This document shows, in pieces, positions 43,138 through 53,265 of a stretch of 64,000 nucleotides of DNA. The notes under the pieces were generated by a model. That model ran no database searches. It was not told the origin of the DNA and worked only from the letters and a program-made list of their open reading frames with translations. The stretch is taken from NCBI GenBank assembly GCA_002421425.1, contig DIJZ01000011.1, forward strand, positions 2,307 through 66,306. The letters are read 5' to 3'. The position numbers and the translations under genes are program-made. This DNA is from a candidate division WOR-3 bacterium UBA5631. GTDB taxonomy: Bacteria; Hydrothermota; Hydrothermia; UBA1063. How positions within the stretch are numbered: position 1 is the first letter of the stretch; each line of letters begins with the position of its first letter.

Positions 43138-44071
43138 ATGGGCATTTATTGGGAGTGGCTATTTTGCAAGAGAGGTATTAAGAGAACTTTATTTCGCGCA
43201 GTTAACCCCGGATTTAGTTATTACAACACCTGATAAACCTGCAGGAAGGGGCATGCGACCAAGTCCAAACCCTGTCAAAGATTTTATCATGGACACTGGA
43301 ATAAAGTTCTACGAGGCTGCCAGAATAAACAGTTCCGAGGTCGCAAAGTATCTGAAAGAAAATAAATTTGATTTTCTGGTGGTTTGTGATTTTGGGAAGA
43401 TATTAAAGGAAAGCATTTTAAGTGCTGCAAAATATCCTGCATTGAATATACATCCATCTTTGCTTCCGTGTTATAGGGGAGCGGCGCCCATTGAAAGATC
43501 GCTTATGGATGGCGTTAAAGAGACGGGGGTGACAATAATTGAGATTACGATGGAAATAGATGCGGGTCCAATTGTGGACTTTGTGAAAATTTCAGTTGAA
43601 CGTGATGATACGAAGGGAACTCTGATGGAGAAGTTAGCAAAAAATGTCCCCTTGATTTTAAGAAGGACCTTTGAGGCCTATTTAAAAGGAACTGTCAGAA
43701 AAAGACCCCAGCAGGGAGAGGCAACGTATGCTCCCAAAATTAAAAAAGAAGAACTTCTCATTGAATGGTCCCAGAAGAGTGACATAATTTGCAACAAAAT
43801 TCGAGCGCTCTCCCCAATTCCTGGAGCAAGGACTTATTTTCACAACTCTCTTGTCAAAATTCTTAATGCACGGGTTTTTGAAAATACTAATACTCTTAAG
43901 CCTGGAGAAATTAAGGTTTTCGATAACAGGCTTATTGTGGGCACTGGGGACGGAGTTCTTGAAATCTGTGAACTTCAGCCATCAGGTAAAAGAATAATGA
44001 AAGCAAAAGAATTTATTGCAGGACGAAATGTAAACGGAAGATTTTTCAGTTCAAAGGAGGTCGTGGAATGA
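43112..44071 (+). CDS. fmt: methionyl-tRNA formyltransferase
   Basis: The first ATG in frame is at 43112 (MSTISFHYKWAFIGSGYFA), a 26-nt overlap with def. Motifs NIHPSLLPCYRGAAPI and LQPSGKRIM. Confidence 0.85.
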   Translation: MSTISFHYKWAFIGSGYFAREVLRELYFAQLTPDLVITTPDKPAGRGMRPSPNPVKDFIMDTGIKFYEAARINSSEVAKYLKENKFDFLVVCDFGKILKESILSAAKYPALNIHPSLLPCYRGAAPIERSLMDGVKETGVTIIEITMEIDAGPIVDFVKISVERDDTKGTLMEKLAKNVPLILRRTFEAYLKGTVRKRPQQGEATYAPKIKKEELLIEWSQKSDIICNKIRALSPIPGARTYFHNSLVKILNARVFENTNTLKPGEIKVFDNRLIVGTGDGVLEICELQPSGKRIMKAKEFIAGRNVNGRFFSSKEVVE

Positions 44072-45207
44072 AGCTTCTTGAATACGCATCTAAGGAAATC
44101 CTTTCTAAGTATGGAGTTCCTGTGAAGAAGAACAGGCTATGCAAGACTGTCAATGAGGTGAAAGCTGTGCTGGATGAGTTTGCATTTCCTGTAGTAGTAA
44201 AGGCCCAAGTTCCCGTTGGAGGTAGAGGGAAAGCCGGCGGCATCAAAGTTGCAAAGGACAAAGTCGAAGCATTGTCATATACTGCCCAGATATTGAAGAT
44301 GGAAATAAAAGGGCTTCCCGTAAAGAAAATTCTTATTGAAGAAGCTGCAAGGATTAAAACGGAGTTGTATCTTGGAATTGTGCTTGATCGGACTTCAAAA
44401 AGGAATGTGATAATGGTTTCGAGAGAAGGTGGCGTGGAAATTGAAGAAGTTGCAAGAATGAATCCTCAGGCCATCGTGAAGATTCACCTGCACCCATACC
44501 TTGGATTAACAGACTTTCAAGCAAAGTACCTGGCGTACAGTCTTGTGGATGATAGCGAGGTTGCAAAGAAAGTTCAGTATTTTATAAAGTCTCTGTACAG
44601 GGTTTTTGTGGAAACTGACTCTCAACTTGCTGAAATTAATCCTCTTGTGATTGAAGAAGATGGAAATGTGATTGCACTGGATGCGAAGATAATTCTTGAT
44701 GATAATGCCATTTACAGGCACCAAGAGCTTGAATCATTAAGGGATCTTGATTATGAGAATCTCGAAGAATTGGAGGCAAAATCAAAAGGGCTCTCCTTTG
44801 TGAAGCTTGATGGTAATATAGGATGTTGCGTCAACGGGGCGGGGCTGGCTATGGCAACTATGGACATTATTAAGCTTTACGGTGGGGAACCTGCTAACTT
44901 TCTGGATGTAGGCGGGAGCTCAAGCCCTGACAAAATCAAAAATGCAATGGAGTTAATACTGCGGGATAAGCGAGTCAAGGCTATACTGATTAACATTTTT
45001 GGTGGTATTACGAGATGTGATGACGTTGCCGTTGGCCTTGTGCAGGCTTACAAAGAACTAAACATTACATTACCTGTTGTTATAAGGCTCACGGGAACAA
45101 ATGAAGAAAAGGCGAAAGAGATTCTAAACAAGTCGGGTCTTCCACTATACGGGGTTTCGAGCATGGCGGAAGGTGCAAAGCGGGTTAGTGAACTGGCTGT
45201 CAAATGA
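44068..45207 (+). CDS. sucC: succinate--CoA ligase (ADP-forming) beta subunit-like ATP-grasp protein
   Basis: Motifs MKLLEYASKEILSKYGVPV, VVVKAQVPVGGRGKAGGIKVA, GNIGCCVNGAGLAMATMD and INIFGGITRCD. No sucD follows. Confidence 0.8.
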   Translation: MKLLEYASKEILSKYGVPVKKNRLCKTVNEVKAVLDEFAFPVVVKAQVPVGGRGKAGGIKVAKDKVEALSYTAQILKMEIKGLPVKKILIEEAARIKTELYLGIVLDRTSKRNVIMVSREGGVEIEEVARMNPQAIVKIHLHPYLGLTDFQAKYLAYSLVDDSEVAKKVQYFIKSLYRVFVETDSQLAEINPLVIEEDGNVIALDAKIILDDNAIYRHQELESLRDLDYENLEELEAKSKGLSFVKLDGNIGCCVNGAGLAMATMDIIKLYGGEPANFLDVGGSSSPDKIKNAMELILRDKRVKAILINIFGGITRCDDVAVGLVQAYKELNITLPVVIRLTGTNEEKAKEILNKSGLPLYGVSSMAEGAKRVSELAVK

Positions 45208-46268
45208 AGTTGCTTCTATTCATACTGTTTTTTACTGCGCCTGATTCGCTTTTCTGGGAGCCCCTTGATTCACTTATAATTAAAGGCCTTGAGTTTTCTT
45301 TTGCTGAAAAATACAAAGAAGCAGATTTTTATTTTGATCTTGCGATTAGAAACTATCCCGAGAGTCCCATTGGATATCTTTACAAAGCAGGGTTGCTGGA
45401 TCTTTATATGATAGACTTCGAAACGGACGTATACGAAAACCGTTTCTACGAGCTTCTTGACAGAGCGATAGAGAAATCTCAGGGAATAAGAAACAAGGGG
45501 AAATTTGATAGCGTGACTCTTGCATTAAGTTACTTTTCTGAGGGTTCGGCCTATGCGTATAAGGCTTTAAGAAAGGGAAGGAACAAAGAATACCTTGCAG
45601 CCCTAAACAGCGGTCTGAAGAGTATTGAATTGTTGCGAAAATGTATAGAAATTGATTCTACGATTTACGATGCATATTTGCCTCTTGGTGTATTTGAGTT
45701 TGCTATGACCAAAGTCCCCTCAGCTTTTAAGTGGGCTATTCCGGGAAGCTATTCCAGAGAGGAAGCATTAAGGAAAGTTGAGCTTTCTGCACGGAAGTCT
45801 AAGTACATCGGAACGATTGCTGCTAATGCATACGTTTGGGTTCTTATCTACGATAACCAGAATGATTCCGCATTGAAGGTTGCGCAGAGACTAGTGGAAA
45901 TGTATCCTGGATCCAGGACTTTTAGATGGAGCCTATCTTATGTGCAGAGACGCCTTGGAAGATGGAAGGATGCTTTGAAAAATCACGAAATTATTATGTA
46001 CTTAACCCTCAGGGACCAACCCTGGAACAGCTACAATGTGGCTCTTTCTCTTTATTATTTATCAATCTGCAGTTATATAACAGGTGACAGGAGAAGGGCG
46101 CTTTTCTACGCAGAAGCTTGCAAAAATGAAATGTCAAAAGTAAACGAAGATAAACCGTTGAAATCCAGGGTTCTCAAGGTGGTCAATAACCTTTCCTCAA
46201 GGTTGGAAAAGTACCAGGGAAAGGAGCTTTATGTCGATCCTGCAGGAGTGGAAAGGTATGTCCCGTAA
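45204..46268 (+). CDS. hypothetical secreted protein, helical/TPR-like
   Basis: 354-aa ORF with a hydrophobic N-terminus (MKLLLFILFFTA) and TPR-like helical content (AEKYKEADFYFDLAIRNYPESPIGYLYKA). No enzymatic motif seen. Confidence 0.5.
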   Translation: MKLLLFILFFTAPDSLFWEPLDSLIIKGLEFSFAEKYKEADFYFDLAIRNYPESPIGYLYKAGLLDLYMIDFETDVYENRFYELLDRAIEKSQGIRNKGKFDSVTLALSYFSEGSAYAYKALRKGRNKEYLAALNSGLKSIELLRKCIEIDSTIYDAYLPLGVFEFAMTKVPSAFKWAIPGSYSREEALRKVELSARKSKYIGTIAANAYVWVLIYDNQNDSALKVAQRLVEMYPGSRTFRWSLSYVQRRLGRWKDALKNHEIIMYLTLRDQPWNSYNVALSLYYLSICSYITGDRRRALFYAEACKNEMSKVNEDKPLKSRVLKVVNNLSSRLEKYQGKELYVDPAGVERYVP

Positions 46269-47229
46269 GAAGATTTTTTTCGCTGCAAAGCTGCTTTATG
46301 ATGTTCGTGAGTCTCTAAGAGATTTTGAGGTGAAGATCTACGATGGTGAACCCCCCATTCCAAGGGAGGCCTTGATGGAGGGAGTCAAAGACGCCCATGG
46401 ACTCGTGGTGTTGTTGAGCGACAGAGTTGACGCCGAAGTACTAAACATTGCTTCGAATCTTGAAATTGTAGCGAATTACGCGGTGGGATATGATAATATT
46501 GACATTGAAGAATGCACAAAAAGGCGGATTGCAGTTACAAATACTCCTGATGTTCTCACTGATGCTACGGCAGAGCTTGCATGGGCCCTCGTTTTCTCTG
46601 TTTCCAGAAGGATTGTTGAGGCGCACCGATTTATAGAGAAAGGGATCTGGAGAGGGTGGTCACCAACACTCCTGCTCGGGATTGAGTTGAAGGGAAAGAC
46701 TCTCGGTGTTATCGGGGCTGGGCGAATTGGCCAGGCTTTTGCCCTTAAATCCTCTGGATTTGGCATGCACGTCCTCTATTACTCCAGGAGAACTAATGAG
46801 GTTCTTGAAGAACGTCTTGGTGCACGAAAGGTAAGTCTGGAAGAACTTCTGTCACAATCTGACATAATTTCTCTCCATCTCCCTCTAACTCCTGAAACTT
46901 ACCATATTATTGGTGAAAGAGAAATTTCTCTGATGAAAAAGACCGCAATACTGATAAATACAGGCAGAGGGAAACTTATCCACGAAGAGGCGCTCATTAG
47001 GGCTTTAAAGGAGCGGAGGATTTATGGGGCAGGACTTGATGTGTATGAATACGAACCAAAAGTACCCGAAGAATTATTAACCCTTGAAAATGTGGTTCTT
47101 TTGCCGCACATTGGCAGTGCAACATACGAGGCCCGCACAAGAATGGCTGACCTTGTGATTGAAAACCTGAAGGCATACTTCAGAGGGGAGGTTCCTCCGA
47201 ATATTGTAAACAGGAGTATCTATGGCTGA
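46258..47229 (+). CDS. D-isomer-specific 2-hydroxyacid dehydrogenase (glyoxylate/hydroxypyruvate reductase-like)
   Basis: Motifs GVIGAGRIGQA (NAD-binding), NTGRG, and the catalytic context LLPHIGSAT. Confidence 0.85.
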   Translation: MSRKKIFFAAKLLYDVRESLRDFEVKIYDGEPPIPREALMEGVKDAHGLVVLLSDRVDAEVLNIASNLEIVANYAVGYDNIDIEECTKRRIAVTNTPDVLTDATAELAWALVFSVSRRIVEAHRFIEKGIWRGWSPTLLLGIELKGKTLGVIGAGRIGQAFALKSSGFGMHVLYYSRRTNEVLEERLGARKVSLEELLSQSDIISLHLPLTPETYHIIGEREISLMKKTAILINTGRGKLIHEEALIRALKERRIYGAGLDVYEYEPKVPEELLTLENVVLLPHIGSATYEARTRMADLVIENLKAYFRGEVPPNIVNRSIYG

Positions 47230-47887
47230 CAAGATAGAGTTTGAGAATGTGAGTGTAAGGTTCAACACCCGCTGGCTTGCACTGGATAATGTGTCTTTTT
47301 CTATTAAGAAAGGTGACTTTGTTTTCCTCGTCGGGCCTACAGGTGCTGGCAAAACAACAGTTTTGAGATTAATTTATGGAGATATACTGCCTGACCAAGG
47401 TGAAGTTCGCATCGATGGGCACCCGCTCAGCAAGATAAGCAAAAGAAAGCTGCTTGAAATTAGAACAAAAATGGGTATTGTTTTCCAGGACTTGATGCTG
47501 CTGGATGACAGAAGCGTTTTTGAGAACCTTGCTTTTCCACTCAGATTGAGAGGAGATGAAGACATAATGAGAAAGGTTGTTTCTACACTGAAGGATATTA
47601 ACTTGACTCATAAGTCAAACGATATTGTCTCATCCCTCTCAAGGGGTGAACAGCAACGGCTCGCCCTTGCCAGGGCTATGATTAATGAGCCTGAGGTGCT
47701 CCTCGCTGATGAGCCATTCAGTAATCTGCACAAGAGCGATATTGACTGGCTCATTGACAAAATGAATAAATACAATGAACTTGGGCTCACTGTTGTGCTT
47801 TCCACTCATAACTTTGAAGTAATAACGCGTGTTCCTAAAGCACGGGTTCTTAAAATTGAAGAGGGGAGGATAATCCTTGAACATTAG
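47222..47887 (+). CDS. ftsE: cell division ATP-binding protein FtsE
   Basis: GPTGAGKTT (Walker A), LSRGEQQR (signature) and LLADEP (Walker B). ftsX follows. Confidence 0.85.
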   Translation: MADKIEFENVSVRFNTRWLALDNVSFSIKKGDFVFLVGPTGAGKTTVLRLIYGDILPDQGEVRIDGHPLSKISKRKLLEIRTKMGIVFQDLMLLDDRSVFENLAFPLRLRGDEDIMRKVVSTLKDINLTHKSNDIVSSLSRGEQQRLALARAMINEPEVLLADEPFSNLHKSDIDWLIDKMNKYNELGLTVVLSTHNFEVITRVPKARVLKIEEGRIILEH

Positions 47888-48701
47888 ATTCTATATTCAA
47901 GAATTATTCTCGATCATGAGGAAATCACGAAGCGATTTCATCTTTCTCCTCGTTATTTATTTCTTGAGTCTCGTGATATTCTCCGCAGCAATACAGTCAT
48001 ATTCGTACATTTCAAAACTTCTTGATGAAACTTTTTCTGCGAGTTATATGAAGGTGTTTTTCGAAGATGATTCCGATGAACGTATGGTTTCCCTGGTACG
48101 AAAATGTGCTGAAGAGAGTCCCGTGGTTGAGAGAGTTGAACTAATAACAAAGGAGAAAGCTAGGGACGAGTTCAAAAGTCGCTTTCCGAGGTACTCTGCG
48201 CTCCTGGAATTGTTTCCAGGCAGTCCTTTCCCTCAGAATCTTGAAATTAAATTCAGTTCTCGGGCACTGGGAGTGGGTTACATTGATGAATTTATGGGTT
48301 TCCTTTCCAATTTTCCTGTAGTATCAAACGTTCAGCATAATTACACTTCTGCGATTCAACTGTACCGTATAAGAAAATCCCTTTATGGAATTTGGGCAAT
48401 TTTGTTTCTTACTTTTATGGTGTTATACATTCCTCTGAACCTTTCCTTCATGAGGAGCATATTTGAGAGGGAGAAGAAGCTTTTCTACCTTGTTGAATAC
48501 TTCGGAAGCAGCAGGAGAAAACTTGAGGCAACCTTTGTTCTGGCAATGGCAATTCCTCTTTTGCTGGTTTCTGCTTTGACTCTCGTAGTTTTCAGGAATT
48601 TGGGAGAATTACTCAAGATACCTATTTATCCTGTTGTTTATCTCCTGCTCTTTTTCCTCTTTTTGCAAATGATATTCAGTTTTGATGTTCTCGAGAAATG
48701 A
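47877..48701 (+). CDS. ftsX: cell division permease FtsX-like
   Basis: 274 aa. One N-terminal TM segment, a periplasmic loop and three C-terminal TM segments, positioned after ftsE. Confidence 0.7.
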   Translation: MNIRFYIQELFSIMRKSRSDFIFLLVIYFLSLVIFSAAIQSYSYISKLLDETFSASYMKVFFEDDSDERMVSLVRKCAEESPVVERVELITKEKARDEFKSRFPRYSALLELFPGSPFPQNLEIKFSSRALGVGYIDEFMGFLSNFPVVSNVQHNYTSAIQLYRIRKSLYGIWAILFLTFMVLYIPLNLSFMRSIFEREKKLFYLVEYFGSSRRKLEATFVLAMAIPLLLVSALTLVVFRNLGELLKIPIYPVVYLLLFFLFLQMIFSFDVLEK

Positions 48702-49807
48702 GAAGTCTTTTCCTCCTACTCATGATAATACAATCCGGGGATATTGAAGAAGAGAGGGCGAAGCTCGAGAGTTTAAAGCGGGAATTTGAACAGGCCAAGA
48801 AGAAGATCACTCAGATGGAGACGAAAGTTAAAAGTACCGAAGAAGAAATTGCGAGGATCGAGCGGAAGGAACTTGAAGTAAAGAGTTTCATAGAAAAACT
48901 TAACAGAGACATAAAAACAATTCAGAATGAGCTTTCAAAATTGGAAATTCAGATTGATCAGAAAGAACAGGAACTTGGACAGAGAGCCGATAGAATCAAG
49001 TTCAGTCTTAATTTTCTTTATCAGACTCTCCCTCAGAACGAAATTATTAGATTCCTTCCCGGCAATGAGGGCGAAAAGGAGGCTCTTTACCTTCTCGATT
49101 ATGCAATTCAGAATGAGAAGAGAGAGAGGGACCGGGTCTTAAAGGTTTATTCTGAACTTTCAGCCTACAGGCAATTGAAGCAAGAAAATCTTGATTTTGT
49201 CCTGGCAATGAAGGAAGAGGTGATTTTGCAGGAGAAGAGCCTTGAAAACTTGAGGAAGCAAAGAGAGAACCTTCTTGCCGGGCTCAAGAAGCAGAAGCAG
49301 CAGGAGGAGCGAAGAGTTGCCGAGCTTGAAAAGGCGATAAAGGAAATGCAGGCGCTAATAAGCCGTCTGGAAAAAGAGCAGGAAAGGAAGAGAAGGGAAG
49401 AGAACGTAGTGGCAAAAAGCCCAACTGGGAAGTACCCCTGGCCTGTAAAGGGTAAAGTCGTGCTTGACTATGGAACAATAGTAAATCCCAAATATAATAC
49501 ACGGGTCTTTAACCCTGGAATTGAAATTGAAGCGGAACCAAATAGTTCTGTGCTTTGTATTGATGAAGGTATCGTGATATTTGCGGGAACGGTGACTGGA
49601 TATGGAAATACCATAGTTGTTGATCACGGCGGATTCTTCTCAGTATATTCATATCTCGAATCATTTTCTGTAAATGCTGGTTCTAAGGTAGCTAAAGGTC
49701 AGATACTTGGAAAAGTTGGCGGGCAATCACACTATTTCGGTTCCCGACTTCACTTTGAGATCAGAGACAGGGGAAAAGCGGTAAACCCGATGCTCTACCT
49801 TTATTAG
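48698..49807 (+). CDS. EnvC-like murein hydrolase activator (coiled coil + degenerate LytM domain)
   Basis: Long coiled coil (EEERAKLESLKREFEQAKKK...). The C-terminal M23-like domain lacks the HxxxD ligands (NPGIEIEAEP) but keeps HFEIR. It sits downstream of ftsEX. Confidence 0.7.
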   Translation: MRSLFLLLMIIQSGDIEEERAKLESLKREFEQAKKKITQMETKVKSTEEEIARIERKELEVKSFIEKLNRDIKTIQNELSKLEIQIDQKEQELGQRADRIKFSLNFLYQTLPQNEIIRFLPGNEGEKEALYLLDYAIQNEKRERDRVLKVYSELSAYRQLKQENLDFVLAMKEEVILQEKSLENLRKQRENLLAGLKKQKQQEERRVAELEKAIKEMQALISRLEKEQERKRREENVVAKSPTGKYPWPVKGKVVLDYGTIVNPKYNTRVFNPGIEIEAEPNSSVLCIDEGIVIFAGTVTGYGNTIVVDHGGFFSVYSYLESFSVNAGSKVAKGQILGKVGGQSHYFGSRLHFEIRDRGKAVNPMLYLY

Positions 49808-52017
49808 TACACTTTTACTGTTTTTCCAATCTTTTTGTCCGCAGAACTTTCAATAATATAGAAATACACACCCCTTGAATTTAAAGGTATTTCCACGAGT
49901 CGGTCAATAGTCCCGTTTTTCTGAAACCTGTATACTACGCGTCCTTGCGCATCGAGTATAGTGATAACTGGATTCATTGCTTTAATTGAGATCTTCAGGT
50001 TTCCTTTTATTACTGGAGGCACAGAAGCATAAAAAAGGTGTGATTCTGTTTCTCTTGCTGGTGAATTGGTGTTTCTTATGAAAACCTTTTTCAGCAGACT
50101 GTAATTACCATTTCCAAAAGCTGACGAGGCTCCCTTAACTCTAAAAAAGTATTCTCCTTCTTCAAGATTTGTGATTGTATAAAAAGTATCACTTATTCCT
50201 GTGATGTTCCAGATAGTATCCCAATGTGCCACAGGGTAGAAGTCATCTATGTAAATGTCTTCATTCAAGACTGATCCATCTGTCATATATCTGATTCTGA
50301 AATAGACTGATTTTCCAACATAGGAAGTAAGGTCGTATACCTTTCTTACCCAGCCACCGCTTGAACCTGTGAATCTTTCACTATCAAGAGGGAACCATTC
50401 CCTCAGATTTTCAGAAATCTCCACAATCCCGACATCCCAATCGGTTTCTGTATTGTAGTAAATCCAAAATCTCAGTGAATCACTGTCCTGGACAGGGTAT
50501 GGATATCTGGTTCGCGCCTGAGCTGCTATATAGTTTGCATGGCCGGAATAAAGAGATTTTGTTCCTGAATGAAACCTCTGAGTGGACGGAGCAAAGGATT
50601 CCAGAACCCATTGATTAGTATTTCCTTCAAAGCCATCTTGAATAACGGAGGGACCTTTAAGGATTTGTATTTCAAACTGAGATGGTTCATTAAAGCTGCT
50701 ATTGGGTACCTGCCATTCGATTCTGACGGAATCTTCCACGGTATCCACTTCTGGATAGATTATGATAGGAGAAGGCACCAGTCCCTTCATATAATTATAA
50801 ATTGAATCTCCCTTCTGGAGTAAGTAAAATGCACCGTCGAAGTTTTCTCTTTTTAGAAGCGGAAGGTCGGCAGGATTCTGATAAAAAGCAGTGCCCATTT
50901 CAACGGTGAAGGAAAGACACGGAGTACCCTTTACATAAATGTTCCACCCATATTCCCAGTCAGAAGATGATCCTGTGGTTGGATAAAGAGCTATTGATTT
51001 CTGATACGTATAATGTCCACCACTTAATCTTGCAATTCGCTGGGCGATAGCCTGTCCTATCGAATTATACCAATTTTCATGGGGTGTGGCATCATACTTG
51101 TGACCCCACGGAGCAAGAACAAGTTCTGAGTAGGAGTGATAGTCAAGAATGGTGACAAAATGGCGTGATTTAATAAACTCAGCATATTCATTAATTTCAT
51201 AGGCTGAGTGTTGACGTCTTCCGCAAAAGGTTTCCTGAGACGGATTGTGGGTCGTGGAGCTTCCATTTATGTATCCCCAGCCATCTATAGCACTGGAGTC
51301 GCATATCCCATTGTAGTTTCTATTAGGATCCGTTCCAATACCAGATCTGTACGGTTCCCTGTCTTTTCTCCAGCTCACTCCGCCATTCGAGTAGTCGTAA
51401 ACAAACCCGTCCACGTTAATTACGGGGAAAATCCATATTTCTCTGTTATTTACGATATCAGTAATTTGTGGATCGGTTCCGTAGGCTCTAATTAAAGTAT
51501 CAGCGAGGAAAAGGCAAACTTCAATAGTTGCCCATTCTCGCGCATGATGTAAGCCCGAAAACAGCTGTTCAGGCTCTTCCTCGTCTTCCATGACGTTATC
51601 GGAGATTTTCAGCCCGTATATCCATCTTCCCTCGTAAGTTGGTCCGATACTCTCAACTTTTGCAATTGACGGATAAGAAGTTGCAAGACCTCTTAGAATA
51701 GTTATTACGTCGAAATATGAGTGGTAGTTATCTTTCACACTTTCCTTGGATGATTCAATATTTTCATCTACAACGTTGACGTTTATGCCTTTCATCCTTA
51801 TTAGGTCTAGCTGGTATTCGTCTACGATGAGGTCGTACCATTCTCCCGGCCTTCCCGCAGCTATATCGGGGACCTTGTCCTTGGGAAAGGTCGAGTATAT
51901 GAAATTTTGAAGCTCTTGGTAATTCTTAAATGGAAGTCGAACAATCATTTGTTTTGATGCTAGAAGGAAACCACAAAAGATCATATTTAACGCAATAAAT
52001 GACAAAAACCTCTTCAC
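49804..52017 (-). CDS. M14 family zinc carboxypeptidase with T9SS-type C-terminal sorting domain
   Basis: Signal peptide, then GLHHAREWAT (the HxxE zinc motif). The C-terminal ...ILDAQGRVVYRF...GVYFYIIESSADKKIGKTVKVY is a Por-type sorting domain. Confidence 0.8.
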   Translation of the reverse strand: MKRFLSFIALNMIFCGFLLASKQMIVRLPFKNYQELQNFIYSTFPKDKVPDIAAGRPGEWYDLIVDEYQLDLIRMKGINVNVVDENIESSKESVKDNYHSYFDVITILRGLATSYPSIAKVESIGPTYEGRWIYGLKISDNVMEDEEEPEQLFSGLHHAREWATIEVCLFLADTLIRAYGTDPQITDIVNNREIWIFPVINVDGFVYDYSNGGVSWRKDREPYRSGIGTDPNRNYNGICDSSAIDGWGYINGSSTTHNPSQETFCGRRQHSAYEINEYAEFIKSRHFVTILDYHSYSELVLAPWGHKYDATPHENWYNSIGQAIAQRIARLSGGHYTYQKSIALYPTTGSSSDWEYGWNIYVKGTPCLSFTVEMGTAFYQNPADLPLLKRENFDGAFYLLQKGDSIYNYMKGLVPSPIIIYPEVDTVEDSVRIEWQVPNSSFNEPSQFEIQILKGPSVIQDGFEGNTNQWVLESFAPSTQRFHSGTKSLYSGHANYIAAQARTRYPYPVQDSDSLRFWIYYNTETDWDVGIVEISENLREWFPLDSERFTGSSGGWVRKVYDLTSYVGKSVYFRIRYMTDGSVLNEDIYIDDFYPVAHWDTIWNITGISDTFYTITNLEEGEYFFRVKGASSAFGNGNYSLLKKVFIRNTNSPARETESHLFYASVPPVIKGNLKISIKAMNPVITILDAQGRVVYRFQKNGTIDRLVEIPLNSRGVYFYIIESSADKKIGKTVKVY

Positions 52018-52167
52018 ACAAACCTCCTTAGGTTATACAATCATACATCCACAGGGATGAATTTTAAACATTCAGGAGTATCTATGGATTATGAACATTT
52101 CAGTTATATTTAATGGTTTTTTACTTCGCACCTTTTTCGGTATAATTTTTTAGAAAAGGAGGTTCAT

Positions 52168-53265
52168 ATGAAAGAGGAAATTGCAGTACTTCTGGAGAAA
52201 TTGATTCAATTCAAGTCCACCAGTAGCAATTTACCTGAATTGAAGAATATTATCGATTTCGTTGAGAATTTTCTTTCCGATGTTCCCGATTTGATTGCAA
52301 GGAGATATGTGGTAAGTGGGAAACCTTCGATCTATCTTTCGTACTATAATACATATCATCCCGATATTCTCTTTGTAGGCCATCTTGATGTCGTTGACGC
52401 AAGGGAAGAAGATTTTGTTCCAAGGAGAGAAGGCGACCTGCTATATGGTCGTGGTTCCATTGATATGAAAGGTTCGTGCGCTGTGATAATGGAGATGATT
52501 AGAGAACTATCGAAGGAATCTCAGAAGCCTAACGTTGGTTTTCTGTTCACCACCGATGAAGAGATTGGTAGCGAAAATGGGGTAAAGTACCTTGTAGAAA
52601 AAGAGGGGATCGGGGGTGAATTCGTGATAATTCCAGACGGAGGTGAGGATTTCCAGCTGGTAGTGGAAGGGAAAGGAGTGTTTCACGTAAAAATTGTTGC
52701 AAAGGGCAAAGCTACTCACGGCTCGAGGATTTTCAACGGCGAAAACGCCTTGGACAAACTTGTTTCAATTTATAATGAAATTAAATCTCACTTTCATCCT
52801 GAACCTTGCGGAGATCCTGACCACTGGCACAACACAATTAACCTTGGAAAAATGATTGGAGGAGATTCTGTTAACCGTGTACCTGATTATGCAGAAATGT
52901 ATCTCGACATAAGATTCGTGCATCCTTTTACGGTGCAGAAGATGGAAGAAATGATAAAGGAAGTTCTTTCTAAATATCCTGATACTCAATATGAACTAAT
53001 TTCAACGGGGAATACGGTATTCACGTCGAAAGACAACCCTTACTTGATGAAATACAAAAGGATTGCCGAATCTATTCTCAAACGTTCTGTGCCATTTACG
53101 AAAGAGCATGGTGCTACTGATGGGCGCTTTTTTTCGGAACGCGGCATGGCAGTGCTGATTACGGCTCCAAAAGGTGGAAATATCCATGGAAATGATGAGT
53201 GGGTGAACCTTAACTCTCTCGTTGATTTATTTAACATTTTCCTCAGATTTGTCAAAGAGAAATAG
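52168..53265 (+). CDS. M20 family metallopeptidase (ArgE/DapE-like deacylase)
   Basis: Motifs GHLDVV, GRGSIDMKG, TTDEEIGS and EHGATDGRF. Confidence 0.8.
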   Translation: MKEEIAVLLEKLIQFKSTSSNLPELKNIIDFVENFLSDVPDLIARRYVVSGKPSIYLSYYNTYHPDILFVGHLDVVDAREEDFVPRREGDLLYGRGSIDMKGSCAVIMEMIRELSKESQKPNVGFLFTTDEEIGSENGVKYLVEKEGIGGEFVIIPDGGEDFQLVVEGKGVFHVKIVAKGKATHGSRIFNGENALDKLVSIYNEIKSHFHPEPCGDPDHWHNTINLGKMIGGDSVNRVPDYAEMYLDIRFVHPFTVQKMEEMIKEVLSKYPDTQYELISTGNTVFTSKDNPYLMKYKRIAESILKRSVPFTKEHGATDGRFFSERGMAVLITAPKGGNIHGNDEWVNLNSLVDLFNIFLRFVKEK

